A DNA stretch of 64,000 nucleotides from a virus. Position numbers and translations under genes: made by a program. Numbering within the stretch: position 1 is the stretch's first letter; every line of letters starts with the position of its first letter. The DNA lies in IMG/VR virus record IMGVR_UViG_3300043424_000354, positions 44,632 to 108,631 of that record; one strand, 5' to 3'. Below the pieces are notes generated by a model. It worked only from the letters and a program-made list of their open reading frames with translations. It did not search any database and had not been told where the DNA came from. Positions 20,495 through 29,785 of the stretch are shown one piece after another.

Positions 20495-21433
20495 TTACGC
20501 CAGTCCGTATTTCTTTTTATAATGAGCAAATTTGTTTATTCTATCGGAAAGTCCATTCACCCCACCATTAACTGCTCTGGTAACTTTTTCAATATCACCC
20601 CATTGATTTCTTGGTCCAATATTTCTTGCGTTACCTTTAGCAAAAAACCAAACAACCGCAGCAGCGCCTGCCTCTTTCAATTGTAATAGTTCTGGAGTGC
20701 TGATTAGATCTTTACTGATATAATTTCCGCAAGCTCTGTAGTTTGCACGCCCTGTAATTTGAATGTATCCACGACCCATGTATTTCTTACCATCTCCTGG
20801 TTGGGTGTTGCCCAGATCTCTTCTACCTTCGTATCCGCTCTGCGCTTTGGTTGGACCCCAAATTTCTTTAAAGAATCTAAAGTTTCCGCTTTCATGCGCA
20901 CATTGCGCCATGATTGCTGCCTTTGCCATTTTACCCCAATTCTTCAAATTCTTTGGACCATTCGCCTCAAGATATTGCTCAAGATAACTTTCATAATCTT
21001 TTGCATTACCAGAAGGTTCAACGAAATCGCCCTTTACTCCACCTGTTCCTGAACCTACTGCATTATCGTTCGCGCCACCAGATCCGTCTTCAGGAGTACA
21101 ATCATTTGACGCCAATCCACCAGGAATAGAACCTACTGTTCCAAAGAACATCGGGTGCTGACCATTCTCGCCATCTGCAAAAAACCCAACAACCCAAGAA
21201 CCTTCTACTGCGCCAGTCGGCGACCAACCAACGCCAGATGAACCTGCTGAATTTGCTGGCATTACTGGCATCGCCCAAGGTAGATTTTCAGTTGGAAGTA
21301 ATTCTAGGTCTGCCGTATGATACCCAAGGATTCTAACTTTACATCTTCCTAATCTCAATGGATCATTTCTGTCTTCAACTGCTCCGAACCACCAATAAAA
21401 ATTTGGGTTATTATTCGAAATAAGATTGTCCAT
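20495..21433 (-). CDS. gp5: gp5 N-terminal OB-fold fused to a GH19 (chitinase-like) lysozyme
   Basis: WWFGAVEDRNDPLRLGRCKVRILGYHT..LPWA..GSWVVGFFADG; AQCAHESG, GRGYIQITGRANY, VNGGVNGLSDR; true ATG at 21433. Confidence 0.88.
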   Translation of the reverse strand: MDNLISNNNPNFYWWFGAVEDRNDPLRLGRCKVRILGYHTADLELLPTENLPWAMPVMPANSAGSSGVGWSPTGAVEGSWVVGFFADGENGQHPMFFGTVGSIPGGLASNDCTPEDGSGGANDNAVGSGTGGVKGDFVEPSGNAKDYESYLEQYLEANGPKNLKNWGKMAKAAIMAQCAHESGNFRFFKEIWGPTKAQSGYEGRRDLGNTQPGDGKKYMGRGYIQITGRANYRACGNYISKDLISTPELLQLKEAGAAAVVWFFAKGNARNIGPRNQWGDIEKVTRAVNGGVNGLSDRINKFAHYKKKYGLA

Positions 21434-21434
21434 A

Positions 21435-22919
21435 TTATTGCGTCGCTCCTGCATCTTCTGTAACATCATATAACGGGAATGGATATGAGTCTTTTGCGAT
21501 TTCAACGAACATCTTATGCGATAATGGAGTGATTTGATGGTGAATCGCAGTGATCATATACAATCCAGAAATCAGCAGATCCCAAATAAATGGTTCCGCA
21601 GTGTTTTCTGGTTTTTCCCCTACTGATGGATAATAAAATTTAATAAGTTTACCGATTTCAATATCAGTTCTTCCTGGAACAGTCAATTGAATTCTCATTG
21701 TCGTTAGATCCAGTAAAGAACTAGTTCTTTGCGACACGAATGTTTCAGGATGGAGATCTACGGAATCTTCGGTAGAATCAAGCACTCCTGGATTTACTGT
21801 TGAAACGAACATCTTGCCTTCGCCAGATCTCATAACATTTATTGGGAACAGCATGTTATATTTTTTATCTTTATCTAAGGAAAACTTGGAATCCTTAGAA
21901 ATCTTATAATCTTCCATATGATTAATTTCGTTGAAATTAAAACCATGATCATATGTGTACGCCGTGTATTCCTTCTTCACCATATCAAAACTAAAGACTG
22001 TGCTGGCAAAGTGACCGAGATCTTGACTTTGAAGAATATCTAAGTTAGTTAAGAATTGAATTGCCTCAACAGTAGAGTATCCCTTGCTAAGTGCAGAGGT
22101 TGTTTGTAGATTATCTAGATTGGGGTGGTAGACGTAATCCGCAAAAATATCATTTGCTTCTAGTTGAGAAACAATTAAACTTTCAATAGAGGTGAAATAA
22201 AACGCTTTAGTTGATTCAAAAAACAAGAATGTTGGCGACTTTAAGTTTGCACCAAGAGATCTTTTTGCCAACCAATTCATACAATGGATTGGACTCCACA
22301 TAGGAGGAACAAATGTAATATACGACTGGTGCGGAGTATCCGAAATAAACAGTGGAGTATTTTTTTCGCTCTTTTCTTGGAAAGAAGCAGGATCTTTTGT
22401 CGTAACAATTCTTGGGAGAGAAAGATAATCGGAGAAAATCTTATCTGCAAGTTCGTCTGTAGTTCCAGTAAACTTCTCACACACTCTTAGAATGTTATCG
22501 GCGGACGCTTCAACAGAACAGAAAAACAGTTGATAATATTGTTCTCTATCGTTGTTTAATTTTCTATCTTTGATTGCATAAACTGCAAATGACTTATGGA
22601 TTTTATTGAAAAAATCATCTTGCGCTGGAACTTCCTGAAATGGAGTTCTAACATTAATCGTAAGGATTTCATCTCCAAGGATCGGGGTTCTGCCAATCAA
22701 ATTGGTGGCATCTCTGATGACTACGCTGCCATGTAGAGTCGGGGAAAAGATATCCTCGTATAAATTCAATTCAACAAAGAATGGTTTAAGATCCAGCGCA
22801 ACTCCAGTAACCGTGTTAATGAATATTTCATCAATGATCACATCTCCTGGTTTTTGCAAACCACCAGATGCCAGATCTTTGTTGTTGGATGCTGCTTTAT
22901 CAGTCGGGGTATCTACCAT
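21435..22919 (-). CDS. Baseplate hub protein (gp27-like)
   Basis: Between gp53 and gp5; LYEDIFSP.LHG, FLFFES..AFYFTSIESL, VPGRTDIEIG, SGLYMITAIHH. Confidence 0.7.
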   Translation of the reverse strand: MVDTPTDKAASNNKDLASGGLQKPGDVIIDEIFINTVTGVALDLKPFFVELNLYEDIFSPTLHGSVVIRDATNLIGRTPILGDEILTINVRTPFQEVPAQDDFFNKIHKSFAVYAIKDRKLNNDREQYYQLFFCSVEASADNILRVCEKFTGTTDELADKIFSDYLSLPRIVTTKDPASFQEKSEKNTPLFISDTPHQSYITFVPPMWSPIHCMNWLAKRSLGANLKSPTFLFFESTKAFYFTSIESLIVSQLEANDIFADYVYHPNLDNLQTTSALSKGYSTVEAIQFLTNLDILQSQDLGHFASTVFSFDMVKKEYTAYTYDHGFNFNEINHMEDYKISKDSKFSLDKDKKYNMLFPINVMRSGEGKMFVSTVNPGVLDSTEDSVDLHPETFVSQRTSSLLDLTTMRIQLTVPGRTDIEIGKLIKFYYPSVGEKPENTAEPFIWDLLISGLYMITAIHHQITPLSHKMFVEIAKDSYPFPLYDVTEDAGATQ

Positions 22920-22921
22920 AA

Positions 22922-23434
22922 TTAACTACCAATTAATGTCATATAATTTGTTACAAATTCCGTTAAATATTTTGGTTCGAGAATGTTTATTTCGCGTTTA
23001 GCATCATTGAGTTCTTCTTCGTACTGAATATTTGTTACTTCTTCAATATCACCATTTGCTAGATCCGCAGCATCATAATCAACAATTAATTTGCTGTCAT
23101 CGGAAGTTCTATAATGGTGTGTTTCATAGATACCTGTTTCGCCATACTTTTTCTTAGCAAAAGAAAGCAAATCTGAATTGCTCATTGGCCATTCTTTTCT
23201 GACATCAACAATATCATTTATCGTGAGAATAACCCAGTGATAATCTGGTCTCTTGTAATACTTATCAGCAACTTGCTCGACAGTAAATCCGTCTGGTACT
23301 GTGATTGTTTGTAAGAATACAAGGTTTTTACCAAATCTATTAAGTGAAATTCTGCGGAAAATATCAGTAACAATTGTGCTTGCGCCTGGAGTTATTGTTG
23401 TTACTTGCAATTTAGGATACATAGAAAATAGCAT
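22922..23434 (-). CDS. gp53: Baseplate wedge component gp53
   Basis: TDIFRR, EQVADKYY..PDYHWVIL.IN, WPMS, YEEELNDAKREI. Confidence 0.88.
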   Translation of the reverse strand: MLFSMYPKLQVTTITPGASTIVTDIFRRISLNRFGKNLVFLQTITVPDGFTVEQVADKYYKRPDYHWVILTINDIVDVRKEWPMSNSDLLSFAKKKYGETGIYETHHYRTSDDSKLIVDYDAADLANGDIEEVTNIQYEEELNDAKREINILEPKYLTEFVTNYMTLIGS

Positions 23435-24744
23435 TAGAATCCTCCAACGATTCTGTCGGTTGTAAGTGTTTCCAATTCAGTAAACTGCATTCTAATAACT
23501 GCTTCGGTTGGGCAACCATTTGCGAATGTAGTAAAACCTTCCGATCCATAGTCAACAGTCATGTCCGTCAACGCACAGTTTGAGATCTTTCGCACGAAAT
23601 TATTTTCAGCACCTTTGTGATAGTAAATAATGAGAAACTCCGATGGATATGTTAGGAATAATCCTGTTTGACTTTTGGTTGGATGCATGTGCTTCAAAAA
23701 TGTTTCGATGATTCCTGGTTGCTCTTTTCTATTATCAGGATTTCCGAAAACTTGGATCGCTTCATTTTCGGTTCTTGGAGCAAATCTATAATCAAATCCA
23801 AACTTTCTGAATCCCATTGAACGAAATAACTGTTCTTTGTATGGATTTTCAACCTTCTTCGAGGTTGCTTGAATTACATTATCAAGTGAATCGAACCCTG
23901 CAACACCAGCAATCTTGCCAAGTTTTCTTAGGGCGTAATCGCCCAATTCACCACCACCTGTTGCCAGTTTTTCAAAATCAATGCCACCACCACTATTCAT
24001 GAAACTGTCAGCAGACATCTTACCTGACGCAACAGCGCCAACTAATCCACCAAGATCTGCAGTTTCCCAGTTTGCACTGTAACCATGCGTCACACGATCA
24101 GTGACGTGAAGAACAATTTCAGCATCACCAAATACCAGTCTTTGCTCACCAGCGACTGCCGACATTCCTATTCCAGTTGCTCCGCCAATGGCACCACCTA
24201 CTACGCCTCCAGCAACACCTCCGAGAGCTGCTGCGCCCTTCTCAACAAAGATCTTAGACAGCATCGCTTTAACCCCGAGCGATCCACCAGTTGGTGTTTT
24301 TGATGACCCTGTTTGCTGCCCACCATTCTTCAATAGATTTGCGCCGATATTGGCACCTGCTGCTGCACCAATTGTGGCACCAATTATTGCGCCCGCAGTT
24401 CCAGCGGCTGCATCACCATTTTCTGGGTCTGCGCGATTCTGATCGGATTGATCAAAAACAACACCTTTCCCTGAAGATAGAAGATTCTTTCCAAGGTCTG
24501 TCCCTTCTCTAACTAGAGGATAGAAGACAACATAATGCGGTAATTCTTGCGATCCAACATCAGTAGGATACCGCAAACTAATAGTGGTATTATCCGTCTG
24601 TAGCGGATCCGCGTTTTGAGAAATAAATTTATCTCTATTAAATCTGCTCTCTTTTTTTGGATCTGGTGCTTTTGTTGGAGCCGCAGGTGCGGTTGTTCCA
24701 GGAGCAGGAGTTTGAGTTGGTGGCGCAGGTGCTTGGGTTGCCAT
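23434..24744 (-). CDS. gp48: Baseplate tail-tube cap gp48
   Basis: LRYPTD, NPYKEQLFRSMGFRKFGFDYRFAPR..EA, YPSEFLI, CALTDMTVDY, FTELETLT. Confidence 0.85.
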   Translation of the reverse strand: MATQAPAPPTQTPAPGTTAPAAPTKAPDPKKESRFNRDKFISQNADPLQTDNTTISLRYPTDVGSQELPHYVVFYPLVREGTDLGKNLLSSGKGVVFDQSDQNRADPENGDAAAGTAGAIIGATIGAAAGANIGANLLKNGGQQTGSSKTPTGGSLGVKAMLSKIFVEKGAAALGGVAGGVVGGAIGGATGIGMSAVAGEQRLVFGDAEIVLHVTDRVTHGYSANWETADLGGLVGAVASGKMSADSFMNSGGGIDFEKLATGGGELGDYALRKLGKIAGVAGFDSLDNVIQATSKKVENPYKEQLFRSMGFRKFGFDYRFAPRTENEAIQVFGNPDNRKEQPGIIETFLKHMHPTKSQTGLFLTYPSEFLIIYYHKGAENNFVRKISNCALTDMTVDYGSEGFTTFANGCPTEAVIRMQFTELETLTTDRIVGGF

Positions 24745-24749
24745 CTTCG

Positions 24750-24757
24750 AATAAATA
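24750..24757 (+). promoter_or_regulatory. Late promoter variant for gp4
   Basis: AATAAATA; faces the gp48 promoter. Confidence 0.6.
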
Positions 24758-24782
24758 TCCTATTAAACAGAGATTATTGGAA

Positions 24783-24790
24783 TATTTATA
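24783..24790 (-). promoter_or_regulatory. T4-type late promoter for gp48
   Basis: TATAAATA on the minus strand. Confidence 0.78.
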
Positions 24791-25248
24791 TGGGTTACGG
24801 TAAGGATACATTGAAAGGTGTGTATAAAATACAGAACCCCAAAAAATATATAGGTAATCCGAACAATATTATTTATCGCTCCAGTTGGGAACTGAAGTTT
24901 ATGAAGTGGTGCGATAATAATCCAAATATATTGGAGTGGGGGTCTGAAGAGTTACCCATTCCTTATGTTTCTCCTTTAGATAATCGTGTGCACAGATATT
25001 TCGTGGATTTTTATATCAAGGTTCAAGAAAAAAGTGGTGTTGTAAAGAAGTATCTAGTGGAGGTGAAACCGCAGAAGTTTACACAAGAACCCAAGATTCC
25101 TACTAGGAAAACAAAGAAGTTCCTTCAGGAAGTTATGCAATGGGGTGTAAACCAAGCAAAGTGGAAATTTGCTACTGAATTTTGTGAAGATAGAGGATGG
25201 AAATTCATTATCCTGACTGAGAAAGAGTTGGGTATCACTAATAAATAA
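24790..25248 (+). CDS. gp4: Head completion nuclease gp4 (TnsA-like)
   Basis: NPKKYIGNPNNIIYRSSWE, WGSEE, HRYFVDF, EVKP, NQAKW; ATG at 24790. Confidence 0.92.
   Translation: MGYGKDTLKGVYKIQNPKKYIGNPNNIIYRSSWELKFMKWCDNNPNILEWGSEELPIPYVSPLDNRVHRYFVDFYIKVQEKSGVVKKYLVEVKPQKFTQEPKIPTRKTKKFLQEVMQWGVNQAKWKFATEFCEDRGWKFIILTEKELGITNK
25240..25247 (+). promoter_or_regulatory. Late promoter variant for the basic peptide/gp2 operon
   Basis: AATAAATA just before the AGGAG SD. Confidence 0.6.
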
Positions 25249-25262
25249 CAAGGAGAATTTCT

Positions 25263-25433
25263 ATGGCAAAGGCAAAATCGGGCGGTGGTTCGAACAAGGG
25301 ACAAAAGGTTTCCTTTACGAGTCAGAAAAAGGGTAAGACCACAATTGGTAATAACCCTGCATCAATTAAGTTTTCCACAATGAACAAGCGCAAACGTGCG
25401 AACTATAAAGCATACAGAGGACAAGGTAGATAA
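25263..25433 (+). CDS. 56-aa highly basic protein ending in YRGQGR (absent from the ORF track)
   Basis: AGGAG SD; MAKAKSGGGSNKGQK...MNKRKRANYKAYRGQGR*; stop abuts the gp2 start. Confidence 0.8.
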   Translation: MAKAKSGGGSNKGQKVSFTSQKKGKTTIGNNPASIKFSTMNKRKRANYKAYRGQGR

Positions 25434-26006
25434 TTGGCAAATCCGTTTCAGAGACTTCGCGCCAAGGCAGGTGATGGACAAAAGTCCATGGATTGGTATA
25501 TGAACAACGTGAAAAACCTCGTTGGCGCGAGGTTGTCTCAGAGTAGCGTAATGAAATCAGATATTGGAGAATTAAAAACCAATATCGAAATCGGTTCAAT
25601 GTATCTCTATTTCTACGATCCTAAGTTGAAGGACGAGTTACCGTTTTACGATACATTCCCGTTGGTTTTGCCATTCGGTCCTGCGCCAGGAGGATTTTAT
25701 GGAATTAACCTTCACTATCTACCGTACATGATCAGAGCGCAAGTTCTCGGAGAATTGCTTGATTATAAAACAACAAAGACGTATTCAGAAACAACTAAAC
25801 TGAGAATGTCGTATAACCTATTGAACAATCTGAAGAATGCTAATGAAGTCAAACCTTGCATCAAGCATTATTTGTCTAATCATGTAAATTCACAATTCAT
25901 GAAAATTAATCCTGAAGACTGGCAAGCAGCAATCTTTCTGCCGATCGAAAGTTTCGTTGGTGCCACGAAGGAGCAAGTATTCAGAGATTCTAGGAGCAAA
26001 TTCTAA
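25434..26006 (+). CDS. gp2: DNA end protector protein gp2
   Basis: YFYDPK.K..LPFYD.FPLV, GINLHYLP, CIKHYL..HV.S, AIFLP; TTG start. Confidence 0.9.
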   Translation: MANPFQRLRAKAGDGQKSMDWYMNNVKNLVGARLSQSSVMKSDIGELKTNIEIGSMYLYFYDPKLKDELPFYDTFPLVLPFGPAPGGFYGINLHYLPYMIRAQVLGELLDYKTTKTYSETTKLRMSYNLLNNLKNANEVKPCIKHYLSNHVNSQFMKINPEDWQAAIFLPIESFVGATKEQVFRDSRSKF

Positions 26007-26740
26007 TGGCGATTAAAGCAGCGCACGGTTTCCAAGATTTCCTTTCTCAAGTAAAAGGTATCTCTGGTAAAAATGGAGACTTTGCAAGATCAAATAGATT
26101 CGAAGCAGTGTTTTCACTACCTAGTTGTATGTCTTCCCACAGAGTTTCAGGAGGCGAAACATCAAGACTGATTTCTTTATTCGTCGAAGATGCAATCATT
26201 CCAGGGACTTTAGTTGGAACGAGACCATTTAGAATCAATAATTTGAACGAACAAAGAGCAAATGTTATTGATTTTGGCGGCGACTCAATTAGTTTTACAT
26301 TTCTAATCGATACTACATGGTCTGCTAAAGATTTCTTCGGTGATTGGATGCGTAACATGATTGACCCTGTATCGAGATATGTTATCTATCCAGCAGAATA
26401 TTATTCTACCATTGACCTGTATGCGTTAAATAGCAGAGACGAAAGAATTGTTCACTGGAAAATAATCGACGCATTCCCAAGATCGGTCGCCCCCGTATCA
26501 GTATCAAGCACCAATGCACAGGTTCTTCGTTTGCCTGTGACATTTGCATACAAGAAATGGCAGGTAATCAGCGCGTATACTCCTGCTGGAACAGAATACA
26601 GCACAACAAGTCAAGATCCAACGACAATCGATCCAGAATTTGGTTACGACGAATCCGCAAACTTCGGCGAAGATTTTGACGGACAAGATCTATACTTTGA
26701 CGACACAACAGGCGACTTGACTGAATTTGAAGATACTTAA
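26006..26740 (+). CDS. Tail-tube initiator gp54 / gp19-like protein
   Basis: ARSNRFE, FF.DW, DAFPRSV, LPVTFAYKKW; position between gp2 and gp26. Confidence 0.75.
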   Translation: MAIKAAHGFQDFLSQVKGISGKNGDFARSNRFEAVFSLPSCMSSHRVSGGETSRLISLFVEDAIIPGTLVGTRPFRINNLNEQRANVIDFGGDSISFTFLIDTTWSAKDFFGDWMRNMIDPVSRYVIYPAEYYSTIDLYALNSRDERIVHWKIIDAFPRSVAPVSVSSTNAQVLRLPVTFAYKKWQVISAYTPAGTEYSTTSQDPTTIDPEFGYDESANFGEDFDGQDLYFDDTTGDLTEFEDT

Positions 26741-26757
26741 AATTAATGGAGTAAATT

Positions 26758-27444
26758 ATGGCATTACCTACAATAGCAGTACCAACATTTGACGTTGAAA
26801 TTTATTCAACAAAACAAACTGTTGAAATGAGACCTTTCTTAGTGAAGGAAGAAAAACTACTCATCATGGCATCTGAATCTGGTGAGAAAGAGAATATGAT
26901 TCGCGCAATGCAGCAAGTAATCAATTCTTGTTCAGAAGGTAAGATTGAGGCGGAAAGACTACCATTCTTCGATCTACAGAACATTTTTATTAAATTGAGA
27001 TCACAATCTATCGGTAACGAATCTGAATTTAATCTTATTTGTGGAGAATGCGGACATAAGACTCCAACTTCTTTAAGTCTGGATGAAATAACATTGACCA
27101 TTTCTCCGGAACATACCAATAAGATCATGATTACTGACGATATTGGAGTTATCATGAAATATCCAACGTCTGATGTTTTGGCAAACGAAGATATGCCAAT
27201 CTTTGATTTAGTGGTATCGTGCGTGGATAAAATCTTCACACAGGATGAAATCCATGATTCTTCCGATTACACAAAGGAAGAACTGGAAGATTATATTGAC
27301 AAACTGACTAGCGAGCAGTTCGAAAAGATCGTTGAATTTTTCGTCACAGCACCAAAGGTGTTCCACAATATTGAATATACTTGCCCGAAATGTCAAACAG
27401 AAAACACGGTGGTTATTGATGGAGTAGAAAATTTTTTCGGTTAA
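26758..27444 (+). CDS. gp26: Baseplate hub subunit / chaperone gp26
   Basis: MALP..VPTF, RPFLVKEEKLL, LRSQSIG, CGEC, MKYP, CPKC, ends ENFFG. Confidence 0.9.
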   Translation: MALPTIAVPTFDVEIYSTKQTVEMRPFLVKEEKLLIMASESGEKENMIRAMQQVINSCSEGKIEAERLPFFDLQNIFIKLRSQSIGNESEFNLICGECGHKTPTSLSLDEITLTISPEHTNKIMITDDIGVIMKYPTSDVLANEDMPIFDLVVSCVDKIFTQDEIHDSSDYTKEELEDYIDKLTSEQFEKIVEFFVTAPKVFHNIEYTCPKCQTENTVVIDGVENFFG

Positions 27445-27464
27445 CCCTTTCTCATGACAACCTA

Positions 27465-27611
27465 ATGAATTTTTACAAAGTAAATTTCATTTTGATGCAC
27501 GAGCATAAATATAGTCTAACCGAATTAGAAAATATGATACCGTGGGAAAGGGAAGTATACATCGGGATGTTAATTACACATCTCAAAAAGAAAGCAGAGA
27601 ACCAGGATTAA
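27465..27611 (+). CDS. gp51: Baseplate hub assembly catalyst gp51-like (possibly reached by -1 frameshift from gp26; absent from the ORF track)
   Basis: NFILMHEHKYSLTELENMIPWEREVYIGML; open -1 frame extends back to TTTTTTC at 27432. Confidence 0.85.
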   Translation: MNFYKVNFILMHEHKYSLTELENMIPWEREVYIGMLITHLKKKAENQD

Positions 27612-29785
27612 TGGAAAAACAACAATCTAATAAGGGTATTGGTAAAGAAAGTCAACTTTCTAGGATTGCTGCTGCAGTAAATCCCAGTTCCAATACTGCT
27701 GCAAATCCTGACTCCACTAAATCGATGATTCAAACATTCGTCAAACATTTTGACAGTGTTGCTTTAACAATGGTCAACGAAATAGATGATGATCAAAGAG
27801 ATCTAGTTAAAAACATGGTTGCAGAAATTACTAAACTGCAAACAAAGAATATTCAAGAATTTGAAAAAGCAATTGCTAAAATTGTTAGCATGTCAGAAAA
27901 AATGCTTGAAAGCAACAATCCCAACCTACAACAAATCGGGCAGGGGATGCAAGATCAAGCAAAACAAGAACTGTTTAAGGCAAAGGGTATAACTCTATCG
28001 GGCGAACACGACACGTTCAGAAATCGCCTTAAACGAGAAATGTCTGGTGGAAATTTTGATCCAACCAAACCAAAAGAAAAAACTTCCGGTCTCGGTAAGA
28101 TCAAAGGTTACTGGGCAGATACTAAAAATGAATTCAAAAAGGGTGCGAGAGCTGCTGTTCAAGAGGGCAGTTTTGCAGATAGAGTATTCACAAGCGATGA
28201 AGACAAACGTAACCGCGAATTACAAAAACTAGAAAATTCTACAGGGGAAGATAAATCCGAATCCCTCGCAGATATGTTCAAAAAAACAATTGAACAACTG
28301 CTTGATAAATCTAAAGAAAATAAGGGTGGAACAGAATCCGCAAGTGATCAACAAGAAGATGCTGCTGGTATTTCTAAAGATGCCATGATAGAAGCAGCAC
28401 AAAAGACTGCTGAAACAAGCGGGATGATAGAAAAAAATACCAAGGATACTGCAGATACTCTACAGAAAATCCTAGGTGAAGTAAAGCAAATCTCAGAAAA
28501 ACTGAACACCATGGGATCTATTGGTGGCGATGGTGGAGGTGGTGGATTCGATCCAACGGATTTACTGGATTTTGGCGGAGGCGGATCTAAGAAACCAAGA
28601 AGAGGTATGAGACTTCGCGGCCGAGGTAGACTCCTAAGAATGCGAGCAGGCAGAGCACTGCGAGGCGCAAGGTCGTTTGGTGGTCGTGTATTGGGTGGAG
28701 CAAGATCTCTTGGTGGTAGAGCATTGGGAGCAGCAAGAACTGCTGGTTCTACTCTCTTTAATGTTGGTAGAGCAGCAGTTGGCGGAATCAGTGGAACTGC
28801 AGTGCTGGCAGCAGGTGCAGCGGCAGCAGCAACAGGCGCTATTGTTTATGGCGCAGATAAATTTATTAAATCTACGAACATGGGAGCAAGAAAGAAGCAG
28901 GAAGAGGGAACTGCAAAGTTCGGACTTACTGGCAATAATCTTGATGGATTTTCAATTAACGGAAAACCTGCTGGCAAATATAAAGATCTTCCCGAGTATT
29001 ATAAAAACGTTGCGGATGGTTATGGTGCCAACAGTAGAGGCGGCGCTGCTGAACGAGCAAGACAATACGTCGAAACCCACAATCCAGATGGCAGTAAAAA
29101 GGTTGAGAAAAAACCTGCTGCTGTTGAAAAGGAAAAGAAAAAAACTGATGCCAAGGTAACTCCAAAGACGCCAGCAAAACAAGTAACAACTCCACCACCA
29201 GTTGAGGCGGATGAAATCGTAGTTACTGCTTCAAAGAAAAAGAAAGCAGAAGTCGAGAAACCAAAGCAAGAAAAATCTGCCGCGACTTCTACGGTCAAAG
29301 AAGCAACAAAAGCAAGCGACAAAACTGCTGATTTAACTGCAGTTGACAAAAGCATCAAGGGTAAGGTTGCTGAAATTGATCCGAAAGGAAAATGGGCAAA
29401 ACTCAAAGATGGTAAAATCGTAGATCCTGATTTCCCTAATGATGCCGATTCAAACTATACTGCTCAACAAGCATATAAGTTGAGTCAAAAGTCTGCCAAA
29501 GTTGCACCAAACCAAAATAATTCTGGCGAAACATTAAACGAAACCAGTAAGAAAGCAACAGCAAAAACTGAGACTGGTAGAAACGCAGATGGTGCGCTGA
29601 TTGAAGCAGGAACTGCTGCCACGAAGGACAAAGTTAATGTAAATGTTCCTCCGCCAACAGTGATCAATCAGGGCGGCGGACAAGGAAATTCTGGTCCAAA
29701 CATCACTGCTCCAGGTGGAGTAAGAAATGTCAGAGCAGACGAACCAAGTTGGTTGCGGTTCCAGCAAAAAAGAGCAGGGGGATAA
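27611..29785 (+). CDS. Tape-measure-like protein (gp29 position)
   Basis: TAATG coupling to gp51; helical N-half, Gly/Arg/Ala-rich hydrophobic middle, Lys-rich C-half. Confidence 0.6.
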   Translation: MEKQQSNKGIGKESQLSRIAAAVNPSSNTAANPDSTKSMIQTFVKHFDSVALTMVNEIDDDQRDLVKNMVAEITKLQTKNIQEFEKAIAKIVSMSEKMLESNNPNLQQIGQGMQDQAKQELFKAKGITLSGEHDTFRNRLKREMSGGNFDPTKPKEKTSGLGKIKGYWADTKNEFKKGARAAVQEGSFADRVFTSDEDKRNRELQKLENSTGEDKSESLADMFKKTIEQLLDKSKENKGGTESASDQQEDAAGISKDAMIEAAQKTAETSGMIEKNTKDTADTLQKILGEVKQISEKLNTMGSIGGDGGGGGFDPTDLLDFGGGGSKKPRRGMRLRGRGRLLRMRAGRALRGARSFGGRVLGGARSLGGRALGAARTAGSTLFNVGRAAVGGISGTAVLAAGAAAAATGAIVYGADKFIKSTNMGARKKQEEGTAKFGLTGNNLDGFSINGKPAGKYKDLPEYYKNVADGYGANSRGGAAERARQYVETHNPDGSKKVEKKPAAVEKEKKKTDAKVTPKTPAKQVTTPPPVEADEIVVTASKKKKAEVEKPKQEKSAATSTVKEATKASDKTADLTAVDKSIKGKVAEIDPKGKWAKLKDGKIVDPDFPNDADSNYTAQQAYKLSQKSAKVAPNQNNSGETLNETSKKATAKTETGRNADGALIEAGTAATKDKVNVNVPPPTVINQGGGQGNSGPNITAPGGVRNVRADEPSWLRFQQKRAGG

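Noticed and set aside
20484-20497. Readthrough or frameshift joining the two gp5 genes
   Set aside because: There is a TAA stop, no slippery site, and a GAGG SD before the second ATG.
24616-24789. N-terminal extension of gp4 in the ORF track
   Set aside because: It overlaps gp48 on the opposite strand and the promoter gap. gp4 similarity begins at 24790.
27542-27610. GTG-started N-terminal extension of the tape-measure-like ORF
   Set aside because: It overlaps gp51. TAATG coupling at 27611 is the better start.
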